A program made the position numbers and the translations under genes. This document shows, piece by piece, positions 63,891 to 64,000 of a stretch of 64,000 nucleotides of DNA; within the stretch, counting starts at the first letter, position 1, and every line of letters begins with the position of its first letter. The DNA is taken from assembly GCF_006345805.1 (NCBI RefSeq), contig NC_043020.1, forward strand, positions 20,212,001 to 20,276,000, in the 5' to 3' direction. The notes beneath the pieces are model-generated. The model did not search any database. It was not told the origin of the DNA and saw only the letters and a program-made list of their open reading frames with translations. The DNA is from Octopus sinensis. Its lineage: Eukaryota.

Positions 63891-64000
63891 TATATATATA
63901 AAATAGAAGCGTAGCTGTACTGCCCCAGGCCAAGCAAAGCTTTGTGGGTGAATTTGGTAGACATAAACTGAAAGACGCATGTTATATATGTATGTGTGTA

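Overview
AT-rich eukaryotic (animal) genomic DNA, dense in (TA)n/(TACA)n microsatellites, SINEs, LINEs and DNA transposon relics. The repeat landscape resembles an octopus/cephalopod genome (inference from repeat style only). One large minus-strand gene spans the window: a p160 nuclear receptor coactivator (NCOA1/2/3-Taiman family). I could chain 13 coding exons (51026 down to 1594; 4671 nt, about 1557 codons) with GT-AG sites and consistent intron phases. They encode the end of PAS-B, multiple LxxLL NR boxes, a CBP/p300-binding-like segment and Q/P-rich regions. The bHLH/PAS-A exons and the stop codon were not found and probably lie outside the window. The introns carry mariner/Tc1 relics, CR1-like and RTE LINEs, a Penelope-like GIY-YIG element, a cleanly inserted non-autonomous Helitron, a piggyBac-type MITE and a 755-bp fold-back element. 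The most notable signals are two minimal type-I hammerhead ribozyme motifs in the sense orientation of one intron, a small symmetric exon that carries one LxxLL box and completes another across its junction, and a CpG-rich candidate internal promoter at about 53-57 kb.
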